Shown here one piece after another: positions 1 to 8,307 of a stretch of 16,664 nucleotides of DNA. The DNA comes from an archaeon. Its GTDB lineage: Archaea; EX4484-52; B79-G9. The number at the start of each line of letters is the position of its first letter. The first letter of the stretch is position 1. The stretch covers positions 1 to 16,664 of the forward strand of contig JBDRKP010000020.1 of NCBI GenBank assembly GCA_043813875.1, in the 5' to 3' direction. Position numbers and translations under genes: made by a program. The notes under the pieces were generated by a model. That model saw nothing but the letters and a program-made list of their open reading frames with translations. It ran no database searches and was not told the origin of the DNA.

Positions 1-1026
1 ATGCCGGACGGATGGGAGGCGGACAACGGCCTGAACCCGCTTGACCCTAATGACGGCGCACTTGACAATGATGATGACGGGCTGACTAATGAAGATGAGT
101 TCAAGCACGGGACTGATCCCAATAACCCTGATACGGACGGCGACGGGGTGAATGACGGCGATGAGGTCGCGAACGGGACGGATCCGACCAGGCCGGGACC
201 GGACGATAAGATAAGCGGCGGAGGAAGCGTCGGCAGATTATCGGCGATAACATACGGCTCTGTCACTGAGATGATAAATCTTATCGTCGCTTCGGAGCCG
301 AAACTTGAGATAAGGACAATAGATGTGCCGAAGGTGATGATCGCCGGCGAGCAGGCAAAAATCGAGGCAGTGATAAAGAATAACGGAGATACGGCTTATG
401 ATGTGGAAGTGAGCGCAGATTTACTTGGCGTAACGAATTCTATCAGGAGAAATATAAATGCTGGCGATAAATACACGTACGTATTCGATGTCATGCCGAA
501 GAAAAGGGATGCTGGCTCACATACGGCCAAGTTCAAGGTGCAGTCCGGCTCAAAGGTCATCGAGAGAACGGTGGAGTTCACTGTCATGCTTAGCGCTGCC
601 CCTGAAGAAGAAAAGGGAAAGCTCATTGTAACCGGACTGGTCATCAATGTTTCTGATGCACGTGATTCTGTCACTATCGAGGGATGCATTGCAGATGATG
701 AGTTCAAGACACTTAAGGTGTATGTTGATGATATACTGAGGGATGAAATCGATACTGATGAGGATTACTGCTTTTCTGATGTCGTTTCTGTGGAGCTTGA
801 AGAAGGGGAGCACACTTTAAGGTTAAAGGGAGATGGAAAGGAGTACGTGAAGACGTTTGCTGCCGGGAAGAAGAAAGAGAATGGCGGCGGCGTGACGCCT
901 ACGGGATTTTCTTTCTTTAAGTATATTACTCTGGAGAGGATGTATTATCTGTTCATCATACTGGCCATAATCATCATATTTGCAAGAAGGCACTCGATGA
1001 GGAGAGCTATAGGGATTTCAAAGTAA
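1..1026 (+). CDS. Cell-surface protein, probably 5'-partial: Ca-binding TSP3-like DxDxDG repeats, CARDB/Ig-like domains and a C-terminal membrane anchor
   Basis: The N-terminal PDGWE..GLNPLDPND..DNDDDGLTNEDEFKHGTDPNNPDTDGDGVNDGDEVANGTDP is a typical bacterial TSP3-type repeat, and its Met is usually internal (DGDGMPDGWE). Beta-rich segments (AGEQAKIEAVIKNNGD) are CARDB-like. The protein ends with PTGF, a hydrophobic helix (YYLFIILAIIIIFA) and a basic tail (RRHSMRR). Confidence 0.8.
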   Translation: MPDGWEADNGLNPLDPNDGALDNDDDGLTNEDEFKHGTDPNNPDTDGDGVNDGDEVANGTDPTRPGPDDKISGGGSVGRLSAITYGSVTEMINLIVASEPKLEIRTIDVPKVMIAGEQAKIEAVIKNNGDTAYDVEVSADLLGVTNSIRRNINAGDKYTYVFDVMPKKRDAGSHTAKFKVQSGSKVIERTVEFTVMLSAAPEEEKGKLIVTGLVINVSDARDSVTIEGCIADDEFKTLKVYVDDILRDEIDTDEDYCFSDVVSVELEEGEHTLRLKGDGKEYVKTFAAGKKKENGGGVTPTGFSFFKYITLERMYYLFIILAIIIIFARRHSMRRAIGISK

Positions 1027-1111
1027 AGTGTGTTGTTTTAACTATCAGCCTATAGAAACCAATAATCTGCGAACATATCAAGATATAGTGATTATCCATC
1101 GTGTGTTCTCT

Positions 1112-2782
1112 TCACAATTTCACAATCAGGGTCTTTCCAAGCCCATGCCATCTTATACCATAGCCCATGTGCCCAAGCACCGGCTCGACAACATCAATAC
1201 CCTTCTCAAGGAATCTCTTTTTGAGATATTCACGGTCCATTTTAAGAGAAAATGCCTCATCAGCAACAGACCTTAATTCATCCATCTTTCCATGATCTAT
1301 CAGTCCTGCGCCCCTTATATAGATCCCGCCAGTCTTCTCAAGAACTATGTTCCTGCATTTTTCAAATTCATCGTCAGTAAAGCATCCAAGCCTATCCCTG
1401 AGCTTATCATCCGAAATAAATCCTATTGCTTTAAGCTCTCTTTGGATATCAACTGCGATATCTTCCTTTCCTTCCTTAAGCCAGTCAATCCTTTCATCAA
1501 AATCACTGAATCTCTCTTCAAGTATCCTCAAAACCGGCCCGTAGGGTATGTCCTTTCCCTTGAAATAGACCACGGGGTACCCTATATCCTCTATCTCTCT
1601 TTTGATCTCATCATCGTAGACACTGTTTGCGATGATTATCATCTGTATGTCCCCGCGGTCTTTGAGGCTCTTCAGCTTGTCGATCTTCTTTTTCTGGTAG
1701 TGTTCTGTGTAGTAGCCCATTACCTCGACATAGACTTTCGACTTGCTGCGAAAATAAACGAAATCGGGTATATATAAAAAATTTTCTGTGATTATCGGTT
1801 CCGGCTCTCTTTTTATGTCCCATGACTGCCTGTTCTCTGAAAAGAAACCATATAGCTTCTCCTCAGGCGCGCTGTCAAATCGCGGGGTCTCTTTTTCATT
1901 ACCGGCATCTCTTATCAGGCCGATGTTTCTCATTTCGCGCGAGCCCATTGAAAAATTCAGTTTCCTGTTTTTGATAAAAACAGCAGACCTGAAACTGAAA
2001 TCCTTATCTTTCATGCTATCGAATATCCTGAATGCCACCCTGCTTATATCGTGCCCGTATTTTTCCGGCTTTCCTGCCAATTCAAAAGGGCCTGTGATCT
2101 CAATCACATAATTATTGCCTGCGGTAATTGAAACATCACATAGCAGGCCGCCGTATTTACATAGGTGATATATCTTCCTGACCATGCTGCCGTCAAGTTC
2201 CGGGAGCATGATGTCTACATTCAGCGAGTTCAGAAAAATGGTCCCAAAAAGGCAGAGATTATATGTTTTCACTATATCTTCTTCTTTTGGCTCTCTTTTT
2301 TTACAGAGCCGCTTCTCTTCTTCCTGATCGAGCCACAGTGCCTCATCCAGTTCTGATTTTAAGCCATTCGCATCCCTGAATTCCAAAAGCGCCTCCTTTT
2401 TCAGAGGCGCAAAGCCGCTGTATTTCTGATTGACAAATCCGAATACTGCCCCACGCAATGTTTCAGGGGAGATGATGCCTTTTTTCTTCAGGGCAGCCGC
2501 ATCTTTGGGCAAGAAGATATCGCTAAAACCTAAAGACCCGAAAGAATAGAAATTGCCCATGACAGACATGATGCCTCTTGCAGTCTTAAGGTCACCAACA
2601 GCATCTGTCACTATGCGCTCATCGAAATCTGCTTTTTTTTTGCCAAGAAAACTATCGTAATATGCAATCACTTTTTTTAGCCTTTCTCTTGTTTGAGCAT
2701 CATCTGCAAGGAAAGAGACTACGATGTCCTCTCCTCTTCTTCTATATCTGAGCGCTGAAAGTGGTATCGAGAGGCTATTCAT
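1112..2782 (-). CDS. bax1: DUF790 family / Bax1-like endonuclease, partner of XPB2
   Basis: Carries the DUF790 C-terminal signature FDSAPEEKLY..W.IKREPEPI....YIPDF.......YVEVMGYYTEHYQKKKIDKL and an ITGPFELAGKPEKYG motif. It lies directly downstream of an XPB helicase. The start is more likely ATG 2782 (or 2788) than 2839, because ATGAATAG overlaps the XPB stop codon. Confidence 0.85.
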   Translation of the reverse strand: MNSLSIPLSALRYRRRGEDIVVSFLADDAQTRERLKKVIAYYDSFLGKKKADFDERIVTDAVGDLKTARGIMSVMGNFYSFGSLGFSDIFLPKDAAALKKKGIISPETLRGAVFGFVNQKYSGFAPLKKEALLEFRDANGLKSELDEALWLDQEEEKRLCKKREPKEEDIVKTYNLCLFGTIFLNSLNVDIMLPELDGSMVRKIYHLCKYGGLLCDVSITAGNNYVIEITGPFELAGKPEKYGHDISRVAFRIFDSMKDKDFSFRSAVFIKNRKLNFSMGSREMRNIGLIRDAGNEKETPRFDSAPEEKLYGFFSENRQSWDIKREPEPIITENFLYIPDFVYFRSKSKVYVEVMGYYTEHYQKKKIDKLKSLKDRGDIQMIIIANSVYDDEIKREIEDIGYPVVYFKGKDIPYGPVLRILEERFSDFDERIDWLKEGKEDIAVDIQRELKAIGFISDDKLRDRLGCFTDDEFEKCRNIVLEKTGGIYIRGAGLIDHGKMDELRSVADEAFSLKMDREYLKKRFLEKGIDVVEPVLGHMGYGIRWHGLGKTLIVKL

Positions 2783-4202
2783 TTTCATCCGTCCTGCTTT
2801 TGACTTTGAGTTTCCTGCGCCCTGATGCCTTTGCATCAACTGTCTTTTCGCTTACCAGCTCATAGAGTATGGCGGTCTCTTTTTTCGGCCGAAGGATGCG
2901 CCCGAGGCGCTGTATGTACTCGCGCTTGCTGCCGGTCCCGCTGATGATGATGCCGACTGACGCGTCAGGCACATTTATTCCCTCGTCAAGCACTTTTCCG
3001 CTTGCTATTTTTGAATATGTGCCGTCCCGGAAACATGAAAGGATTGTCTCTCTTTCCTTTTTTGCGGTTTTTGATGTGATGAGCGGTATGAGGTATTTTC
3101 TTGATATCTGATCGACGATCGATATGTACTCGGAAAATATGATGACCTTTTCGTTTTTATGTTTATTGAGCAGCTCAAGCACAACCCGGATTTTCTCTTC
3201 TGCATTGAAGGCGATCTTTCTTGCTTCCTTGTGCGCGATCAGCGCATCGTAAGCTGCCTTGCTCTGCCCTGACATCATGATGATACGGGAGTAGCTTTTT
3301 GGTCCCATGAACCTTATTTTTCCTGAGATAAGAAAATCCCTGAATATCTTCATGTTTTTTTCATATTTCTCTTTTTCATTATCATTCAGCCTGACATTGA
3401 TCTTTTCCAGCCTGAAGGATGCTATATAGCCCGATACATCATCGTGCCCTTTCCTGTATACGATGGGGCCGACCAGCTCGTCGAGATCATGATGGAGCTC
3501 ATCCGGTCTTTCGGGAGTTGCTGAGAGGCCGAGCCGGTATCTTGCGATAAGCCCGGTTGCGATTGTCCGGTATACTTCGCCTGGCAGGTGGTGCGCCTCG
3601 TCAAATACGACTAGATCGAATTTCGTCGCAAGCAGTCTCACGTACTTTTGAGCAGAGGCGTAAGTGATGATTGTCAGCGGCTTTATGTCGCGCTCCCCGC
3701 CACCGAATATGCCTATGTTTTGTTCTTCGATGCCCATGTTTTGAAGGACTGATGATTTCCACTGCGCAAGAAGGTCGATTGTCGGGACGACGACGAGCGT
3801 ATTGCATGAAAGGTGGCTTATCGCTATGAGCGCCTGCACGGTCTTGCCTGTGCCGGTCGGGAGGACGATGATGCCGCGCATGTTGTTTTTTAGCCAGCGC
3901 TTGTGAGCCTCTTCCTGGTATTTTCGCGGCTCTATGTTTAGGCGGGTTCTGAAGATGAGCTTGTTTACGTCTCTGAATCCGATTTGTGGGTTATCGTGAA
4001 GGAGCGCCTCTTTCACAGAAAAATAATGGATCGGCATGAGGCGGTATTTATGTTCCAGGCCCGTCCGGTATGCGGATGATTCCCTTACAAGAAGATGCTT
4101 TTTTTCGTCCGGCCTGACCGCTATGAGGTGGTTTATATGAAGTTCATGGTCTGATTCGACTGCGATATCATGACCTTTCTGGAATATTTTTACCTCTGCC
4201 AT
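2775..4202 (-). CDS. xpb2: Archaeal XPB2/Rad25-type SF2 DNA helicase
   Basis: Motifs PRKYQ, LPTGTGKT (Walker A), VVVPT, DEAHH, SATPER, VLDEGINVPDA and QRLGRILR are present. It is 475 aa with a short N-terminal domain and is coupled to the DUF790 gene. Confidence 0.9.
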   Translation of the reverse strand: MAEVKIFQKGHDIAVESDHELHINHLIAVRPDEKKHLLVRESSAYRTGLEHKYRLMPIHYFSVKEALLHDNPQIGFRDVNKLIFRTRLNIEPRKYQEEAHKRWLKNNMRGIIVLPTGTGKTVQALIAISHLSCNTLVVVPTIDLLAQWKSSVLQNMGIEEQNIGIFGGGERDIKPLTIITYASAQKYVRLLATKFDLVVFDEAHHLPGEVYRTIATGLIARYRLGLSATPERPDELHHDLDELVGPIVYRKGHDDVSGYIASFRLEKINVRLNDNEKEKYEKNMKIFRDFLISGKIRFMGPKSYSRIIMMSGQSKAAYDALIAHKEARKIAFNAEEKIRVVLELLNKHKNEKVIIFSEYISIVDQISRKYLIPLITSKTAKKERETILSCFRDGTYSKIASGKVLDEGINVPDASVGIIISGTGSKREYIQRLGRILRPKKETAILYELVSEKTVDAKASGRRKLKVKSRTDENE

Positions 4203-4245
4203 ATAATTCTATTTGGAAAGCAAAAATAAAAGCATAATACTGGAT

Positions 4246-4769
4246 TTATTCCAGATAAAGATTTGCTGAACTCATGAATGCATCTTCCGGTTTCCCGTGG
4301 AATTGACCGTCAGGGTAGACTGATAATTCATATTTCTCGTTGCTGTATGTATAAAAGGCATATCCCCATTGATCATTACTGTAATAGCGCAGCCTGCACA
4401 GGTGAGTCGGTGTATTTCTCAGCCGCTCAAGATACTCTTCTTTTGTCTCTGGCCAGCCTTTTACAGACCAGCTATCAGCGACTTCGGGTTCTGTATAGGC
4501 GTCAATGTATAGTCAAAGCCCTGATAAACCGTGTGCGTGGCTTTGCCATCTCCTCAAGGCACATTGGTTTTTTGTTGAAGTTTGCTCATTTATTTCATGC
4601 CTTGAGTATAGCAGAACTGGTTTTTGAAGCGGATGTCAATGCGTGTATATTTTCCTTTGAAGTGCTTTTCTGCAACGGCGAGTATCCGATTACGGATGTC
4701 ATCTTTTATGTGTTCCGGTATTTTCACACCGCTTGAACCCGGGCTATAGACCCAATATCCTCTTGGCAT
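4246..4769 (-). pseudogene. Conserved hypothetical gene (140 aa when restored) interrupted by a 101-bp insertion
   Basis: The 5' half from ATG 4769 (GAGGTGG SD upstream) reads MPRGYWVYSPGSSGVKIPEHIKDDIRNRILAVAEKHFKGKYTRIDIRFKNQFC. The 3' half reads IDAYTEPEV...ETKEEYLERLRNTPTHLCRLRYYSNDQWGYAFYTYSNEKYELSVYPDGQFHGKPEDAFMSSANLYLE* with TAA at 4246-4248. Removing 4510-4610 gives one 423-nt ORF with the junction TGC TAC ATT GAC (FCYID). Confidence 0.85.
4510..4608. mobile_element. 99-bp MITE with TA target-site duplication (IS630/Tc1-mariner-like insertion signature)
   Basis: TA flanks both sides (4508-4509 and 4609-4610). The imperfect TIRs are TAGTCAAAGCCCTG-ATAAA and, reverse-complemented, TACTCAAGGCATGAAATAAA, identical at 8 of the 10 terminal bases. 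Excising the element plus one TA restores the host reading frame. Confidence 0.75.
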
Positions 4770-4770
4770 A

Positions 4771-5376
4771 TCATTCCACCTCGTTAAACATATAAGATGT
4801 TTTAATCAGTTCTGCTGTTCTTTTGATATACTCCTCTAACCTGCCGTCATCATGTTTCTTTATGTCATCCAGAATATCAATGAATACACGATTGATGTCA
4901 GTATATAACTTCGATACCTCGATTTTATTCTTTAAATCCAAACCCTTATAGTTATCTGTCAGATTGCCGATAATTACAATCCCGATAAGATTTCCAAGAC
5001 TAATCAACGCCCACTTTTTATATGGTTCAATATCTTTATCGGGAGCATTACCCCCAAAAAGCAATGTTGCTCTTGCTGCAATAATCATTGAGTTGATGAT
5101 AATATCATTCATTTCCTCATCATCCTGATTCGCAAGAAATATACCAAACAGTTCCAAAGATAAGGATTTTGGAAATGATGCAGCATAAAGATTTAGTGCA
5201 TCTACGTAAATGCCATCCTTTTTCCCAACAAGGGATTTCAGATATTCATCATCCGGAGGCGCCTTATTCTCCAGCTTCTGTATTTGAAGCCGCAAATAGC
5301 ATTTGTTGCAGACATCCAATGTATGATATTCGCGATATTCATGCTCTGCCTTGTTGCAAAATGTGCACGCTTTCAT
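4771..5376 (-). CDS. Hypothetical protein with N-terminal CxxC...CxxC zinc-finger-like motif
   Basis: 201-aa ORF with CTFC(x15)CNKC at the N-terminus. It has a GGTGA SD upstream and abuts the next gene start. The rest looks helical and is AT-rich. Confidence 0.75.
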   Translation of the reverse strand: MKACTFCNKAEHEYREYHTLDVCNKCYLRLQIQKLENKAPPDDEYLKSLVGKKDGIYVDALNLYAASFPKSLSLELFGIFLANQDDEEMNDIIINSMIIAARATLLFGGNAPDKDIEPYKKWALISLGNLIGIVIIGNLTDNYKGLDLKNKIEVSKLYTDINRVFIDILDDIKKHDDGRLEEYIKRTAELIKTSYMFNEVE

Positions 5377-5406
5377 ATTATTATCACCTGCATTTGATGA
5401 ATTGTA

Positions 5407-5712
5407 TCATAATCTACCAAAAGCTTTGTCTTTCAGTCTCTTCATCTTCTCGTGAAGGGCTGTTAATACGATTATAGGTTCACTGTTTTTAGCTGGTTTC
5501 TTTTTCAGATCATCAATGCCAAACTCAATTGCCATCACAAGGCATTCGATATCCCAGCGATAGAGTCCGATAGGCCGTTTCCCCTGGTATTTCTCAATTC
5601 TGCGGTCCAGTCCAAATGATTCTTCCATTGCCCATGTAAGCTTTTTTAATTCTGTAAGTTCTGCTCCCTCTATGAGCACTTCATATTTTATTTCTCTTGA
5701 ACCTATTTTCAT
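5407..5712 (-). CDS. Small conserved hypothetical protein (101 aa)
   Basis: The start at ATG 5712 (MKIGSREIKY) avoids overlap with the SEC-C gene. The core ELKKLTWAMEESFGLDRRIEKYQGKRPIGLYRWDIECL is protein-like. Confidence 0.7.
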   Translation of the reverse strand: MKIGSREIKYEVLIEGAELTELKKLTWAMEESFGLDRRIEKYQGKRPIGLYRWDIECLVMAIEFGIDDLKKKPAKNSEPIIVLTALHEKMKRLKDKAFGRL

Positions 5713-5758
5713 GCATATAGCACCATTTTTTGTATTAGGAATCAAATCATGATGGCTA

Positions 5759-6355
5759 TTAATCGAAGTTATGTGAGGAATGCATGTCAAACATTGCGCA
5801 ATATTCGTTCCTGTTGGTAAGGCAGGCGGTAGGGCATATTGTACATGCATCTAGGAGTTGTTTCCATGCGCAGATTGAGGATTCGAGGAGTTTTTCGATC
5901 ATCTTATAATCAAGATATGGGAAGAAGGAGATGATTATTTCGTCTGAAATGTAGGGTTCTTTTATCCTGCCGCCCAATGTCTGCAAAATGATTATCTTAA
6001 TCTTTTTTGAGAGATATATTGAAAATCCTGCAAGCTGAATGTTTGATATTGCATATTTTTTCAATTGTTCTGGATGGTCTTTTTTTATCTGATCATAAAA
6101 TGCCATCGCAACTTCATAACAATGCCAGTTGAGCAGTATTTTGTCATCTTTTGATGAATAGAATGATGATGGCTTTATAATCGCGATCGCTGGCCTGTCG
6201 TCATAAAGGCCACCTGCCTGCCCGGCGAATCTGCTACGCTGTTGAGAGGATAATGGTTCTGTGTTGAGCGAGGGCTCTATTTCTTTTTGGAGGCAGCATT
6301 TCTTGTATTTTTTCCCGGATCCGCAAGGACACGGATCATTTCGGCCTGTTGTCAT
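5759..6355 (-). CDS. SEC-C motif-containing protein with a C-terminal Cys cluster
   Basis: The N-terminal [18 protein letters not shown] is a canonical SEC-C Zn motif. The C-terminus carries [12 protein letters not shown]. Confidence 0.85.
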   Translation of the reverse strand: MTTGRNDPCPCGSGKKYKKCCLQKEIEPSLNTEPLSSQQRSRFAGQAGGLYDDRPAIAIIKPSSFYSSKDDKILLNWHCYEVAMAFYDQIKKDHPEQLKKYAISNIQLAGFSIYLSKKIKIIILQTLGGRIKEPYISDEIIISFFPYLDYKMIEKLLESSICAWKQLLDACTICPTACLTNRNEYCAMFDMHSSHNFD

Positions 6356-6418
6356 TATGTATATGTTTGTTTGTTGTTTTTTTATGTTTTTGTTTTTGCA
6401 CTGTCTTTCTTTATTTTT

Positions 6419-8125
6419 TTATACGGATTCTTTAAAATCGTCTTCAATATCATACTTGTAGCCGCGCTCGGTCAGGAATAGCTGACGGTTGGCTGAGAAG
6501 TCCTGGTCTCTTGTGTCGCGGGTGACAATAGTATAGAAGTGCGCGATGGACTTATCTTTTTTGGGGCGCAGTATCCTACCGAGACGCTGGGCTTCTTCTT
6601 GTCTTGAGCCGAATGTCCCGGAGACCTGCACAAGGACGTTTGCTTCCGGGAGGTCGATTGCGAAATTCGCCACTTTCGAGACTACCATGAGCTTTATCTC
6701 TCCTGACCTGAATTTGTCGTAGAGTATTTTTCTCTCTTTGTTGGATGTGATGCCTGTTAGTATGGGTGCATCGAAAATTTCTGCAAGTTGCTTGAGCTGG
6801 TCAAGGTACATGCCTACGACAAGGATGCGATCATTGCGCTTTGTGTGGTAGTCAACGATTTTTTTTGCGAGGTCATATTTGTTCGGGTTTTCGGCTGCGA
6901 TACGGTATTTGGACCGATGCTGCGCTGTTGCATAGATCATCCTGTGCTCATCTGGCATAGGTATTCTTATTTCTGTGCATTTCGCTTCCGCGATCCATGC
7001 CTGCTTCTCGAGTTCTTTCCATTGGGCGTCGTATTTCTTTGGGCCTATGAGGGAGAATACATTTTTTTCAAGGCCGTCTTCTCTTATGAGTGTGGCAGTG
7101 AGACCCACGCGGCGGGTAGCCTGGAGTTCTGCTGTTATGCGGAATACGGGTGCGGGCAGAAGATGTACTTCATCATAGATTATGAGGCCCCATTCCCGGG
7201 AATTGAATAAGGTGAAGTGTGGGAATTCTATCTCTTCGCTGCCGCTGGCATCTTTGTTCTTTTTCCTGTAGACGAGTATCTGGTATGTCGCAATTGTGAC
7301 GGGTTTTATCTCCTTTATTTCGCCGCTGTATTCGCCGATTGTGTCTTTTGTGATGGTTGTCTTGTCTATGAGTTCGTCGGCCCATTGCCTTGCAGCGGTG
7401 ATGTTTGTGGTTATTATGAGGGTGTTGCATTTTAGCTTTTGCATGATGCCCATGCCGACGATTGTTTTTCCTGCACCGCAGGGGAGGACGATTGTACCGG
7501 AACCACCGCGCACATCGCCGTCGGCGTAAAATGAATTTATTGCGTTTTTTTGATAGTCGCGCACTTCAAATGGAATGCCGTTTTTTGTTATGTCGAGTAA
7601 ATCGACGGGCATGAATTCGCCGGTGATATAGCCTGCAAGGTCCTCTACCGGGAAACCGATTTCGGTTAGAGCCTGCTTGATATGGCCTCTGAGTTCTGGC
7701 CTGACTTCGAGTGTATGCTGATCTATTGGACGGAGTATGAAGCGCTCCAGTTTTTTTATGTTCATTAGTTCGGTTATCAGTATGGAGTCTTCGCTTTTCA
7801 GGATCATTTGTGTGTCTTCTTTCAGGAGTTTGAGGGAGCCGTATCTTGAGACGTAGTCGATTATGTCTGCCTTGACATTGGGGGGGACGTCGTATTTGCT
7901 GTAGGTCTCAAGAGATGTGATGATGGATTCCGCGTTCATTCCTGAAGCGGCTGCATTCCAAAGGGACAGGTTTGTGATCCTGTAGCTGTGGATATGTTCC
8001 GGGCTTTTGATTAGTTCTGCAAATCGCGATATCATGTTTCTTGCGTCATCGTGGAGGGGGTTGTTTACTTCAAGAAGTATGGATTTATCTCCCTGTACGA
8101 TGAGCGGGTTTTGAGGGTTATACAT
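6419..8125 (-). CDS. xpb: Bacterial-type DNA repair helicase XPB (ERCC3/Rad25 family) with N-terminal Helicase_C_3 domain
   Basis: The N-terminus is PLIVQGDKSILLEV...FAELIKSPEHIHSYRITNLSLWNAAASG. Helicase motifs LPCGAGKT, DEVHLLPA, TATLIREDG (intact RED motif), SKVANFAIDLPEANV and GSRQEEAQRLGRILR are present. Confidence 0.95.
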   Translation of the reverse strand: MYNPQNPLIVQGDKSILLEVNNPLHDDARNMISRFAELIKSPEHIHSYRITNLSLWNAAASGMNAESIITSLETYSKYDVPPNVKADIIDYVSRYGSLKLLKEDTQMILKSEDSILITELMNIKKLERFILRPIDQHTLEVRPELRGHIKQALTEIGFPVEDLAGYITGEFMPVDLLDITKNGIPFEVRDYQKNAINSFYADGDVRGGSGTIVLPCGAGKTIVGMGIMQKLKCNTLIITTNITAARQWADELIDKTTITKDTIGEYSGEIKEIKPVTIATYQILVYRKKNKDASGSEEIEFPHFTLFNSREWGLIIYDEVHLLPAPVFRITAELQATRRVGLTATLIREDGLEKNVFSLIGPKKYDAQWKELEKQAWIAEAKCTEIRIPMPDEHRMIYATAQHRSKYRIAAENPNKYDLAKKIVDYHTKRNDRILVVGMYLDQLKQLAEIFDAPILTGITSNKERKILYDKFRSGEIKLMVVSKVANFAIDLPEANVLVQVSGTFGSRQEEAQRLGRILRPKKDKSIAHFYTIVTRDTRDQDFSANRQLFLTERGYKYDIEDDFKESV

Positions 8126-8307
8126 AAATTTAGTGAGTATGTTAAATATTTATTTATTGCGGTTCTGTTTCTGGTGATGCAGGGAGTGCATAACTTAATA
8201 TGCCTGCTGAGCCAGAATCCTGCAATATGGCAGCTAAAACGATGTCATCCAACTGATTTTGTTACGGATGCACTGAACTCTCTTAATTTCGCTGCAATGC
8301 GGGGTGA

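Noticed and set aside
2783..2839. Longer N-terminus of the DUF790 ORF (start 2839)
   Set aside because: It would overlap xpb2 by 65 nt. ATG 2782 or 2788 gives a typical short coupling overlap.
4278..4736. 152-aa plus-strand ORF in the track
   Set aside because: It is the antisense shadow of the MITE-interrupted minus-strand gene and has an unnatural composition.
5713..5850. Longer N-terminus of the 5407 ORF
   Set aside because: It overlaps the SEC-C gene 3' end in another frame, so ATG 5712 is more plausible.
6356..6418. T-rich low-complexity tract (TTTGTTTG...) upstream of the SEC-C gene
   Set aside because: It has no regular repeat unit and is explained by terminator or promoter composition.
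8181..8283. Possible MITE between the xpb and partner genes (AGGGAGTGCA ... TGAACTCTCT)
   Set aside because: Only an 8/10 terminal match and no target duplication, which is within chance expectation.
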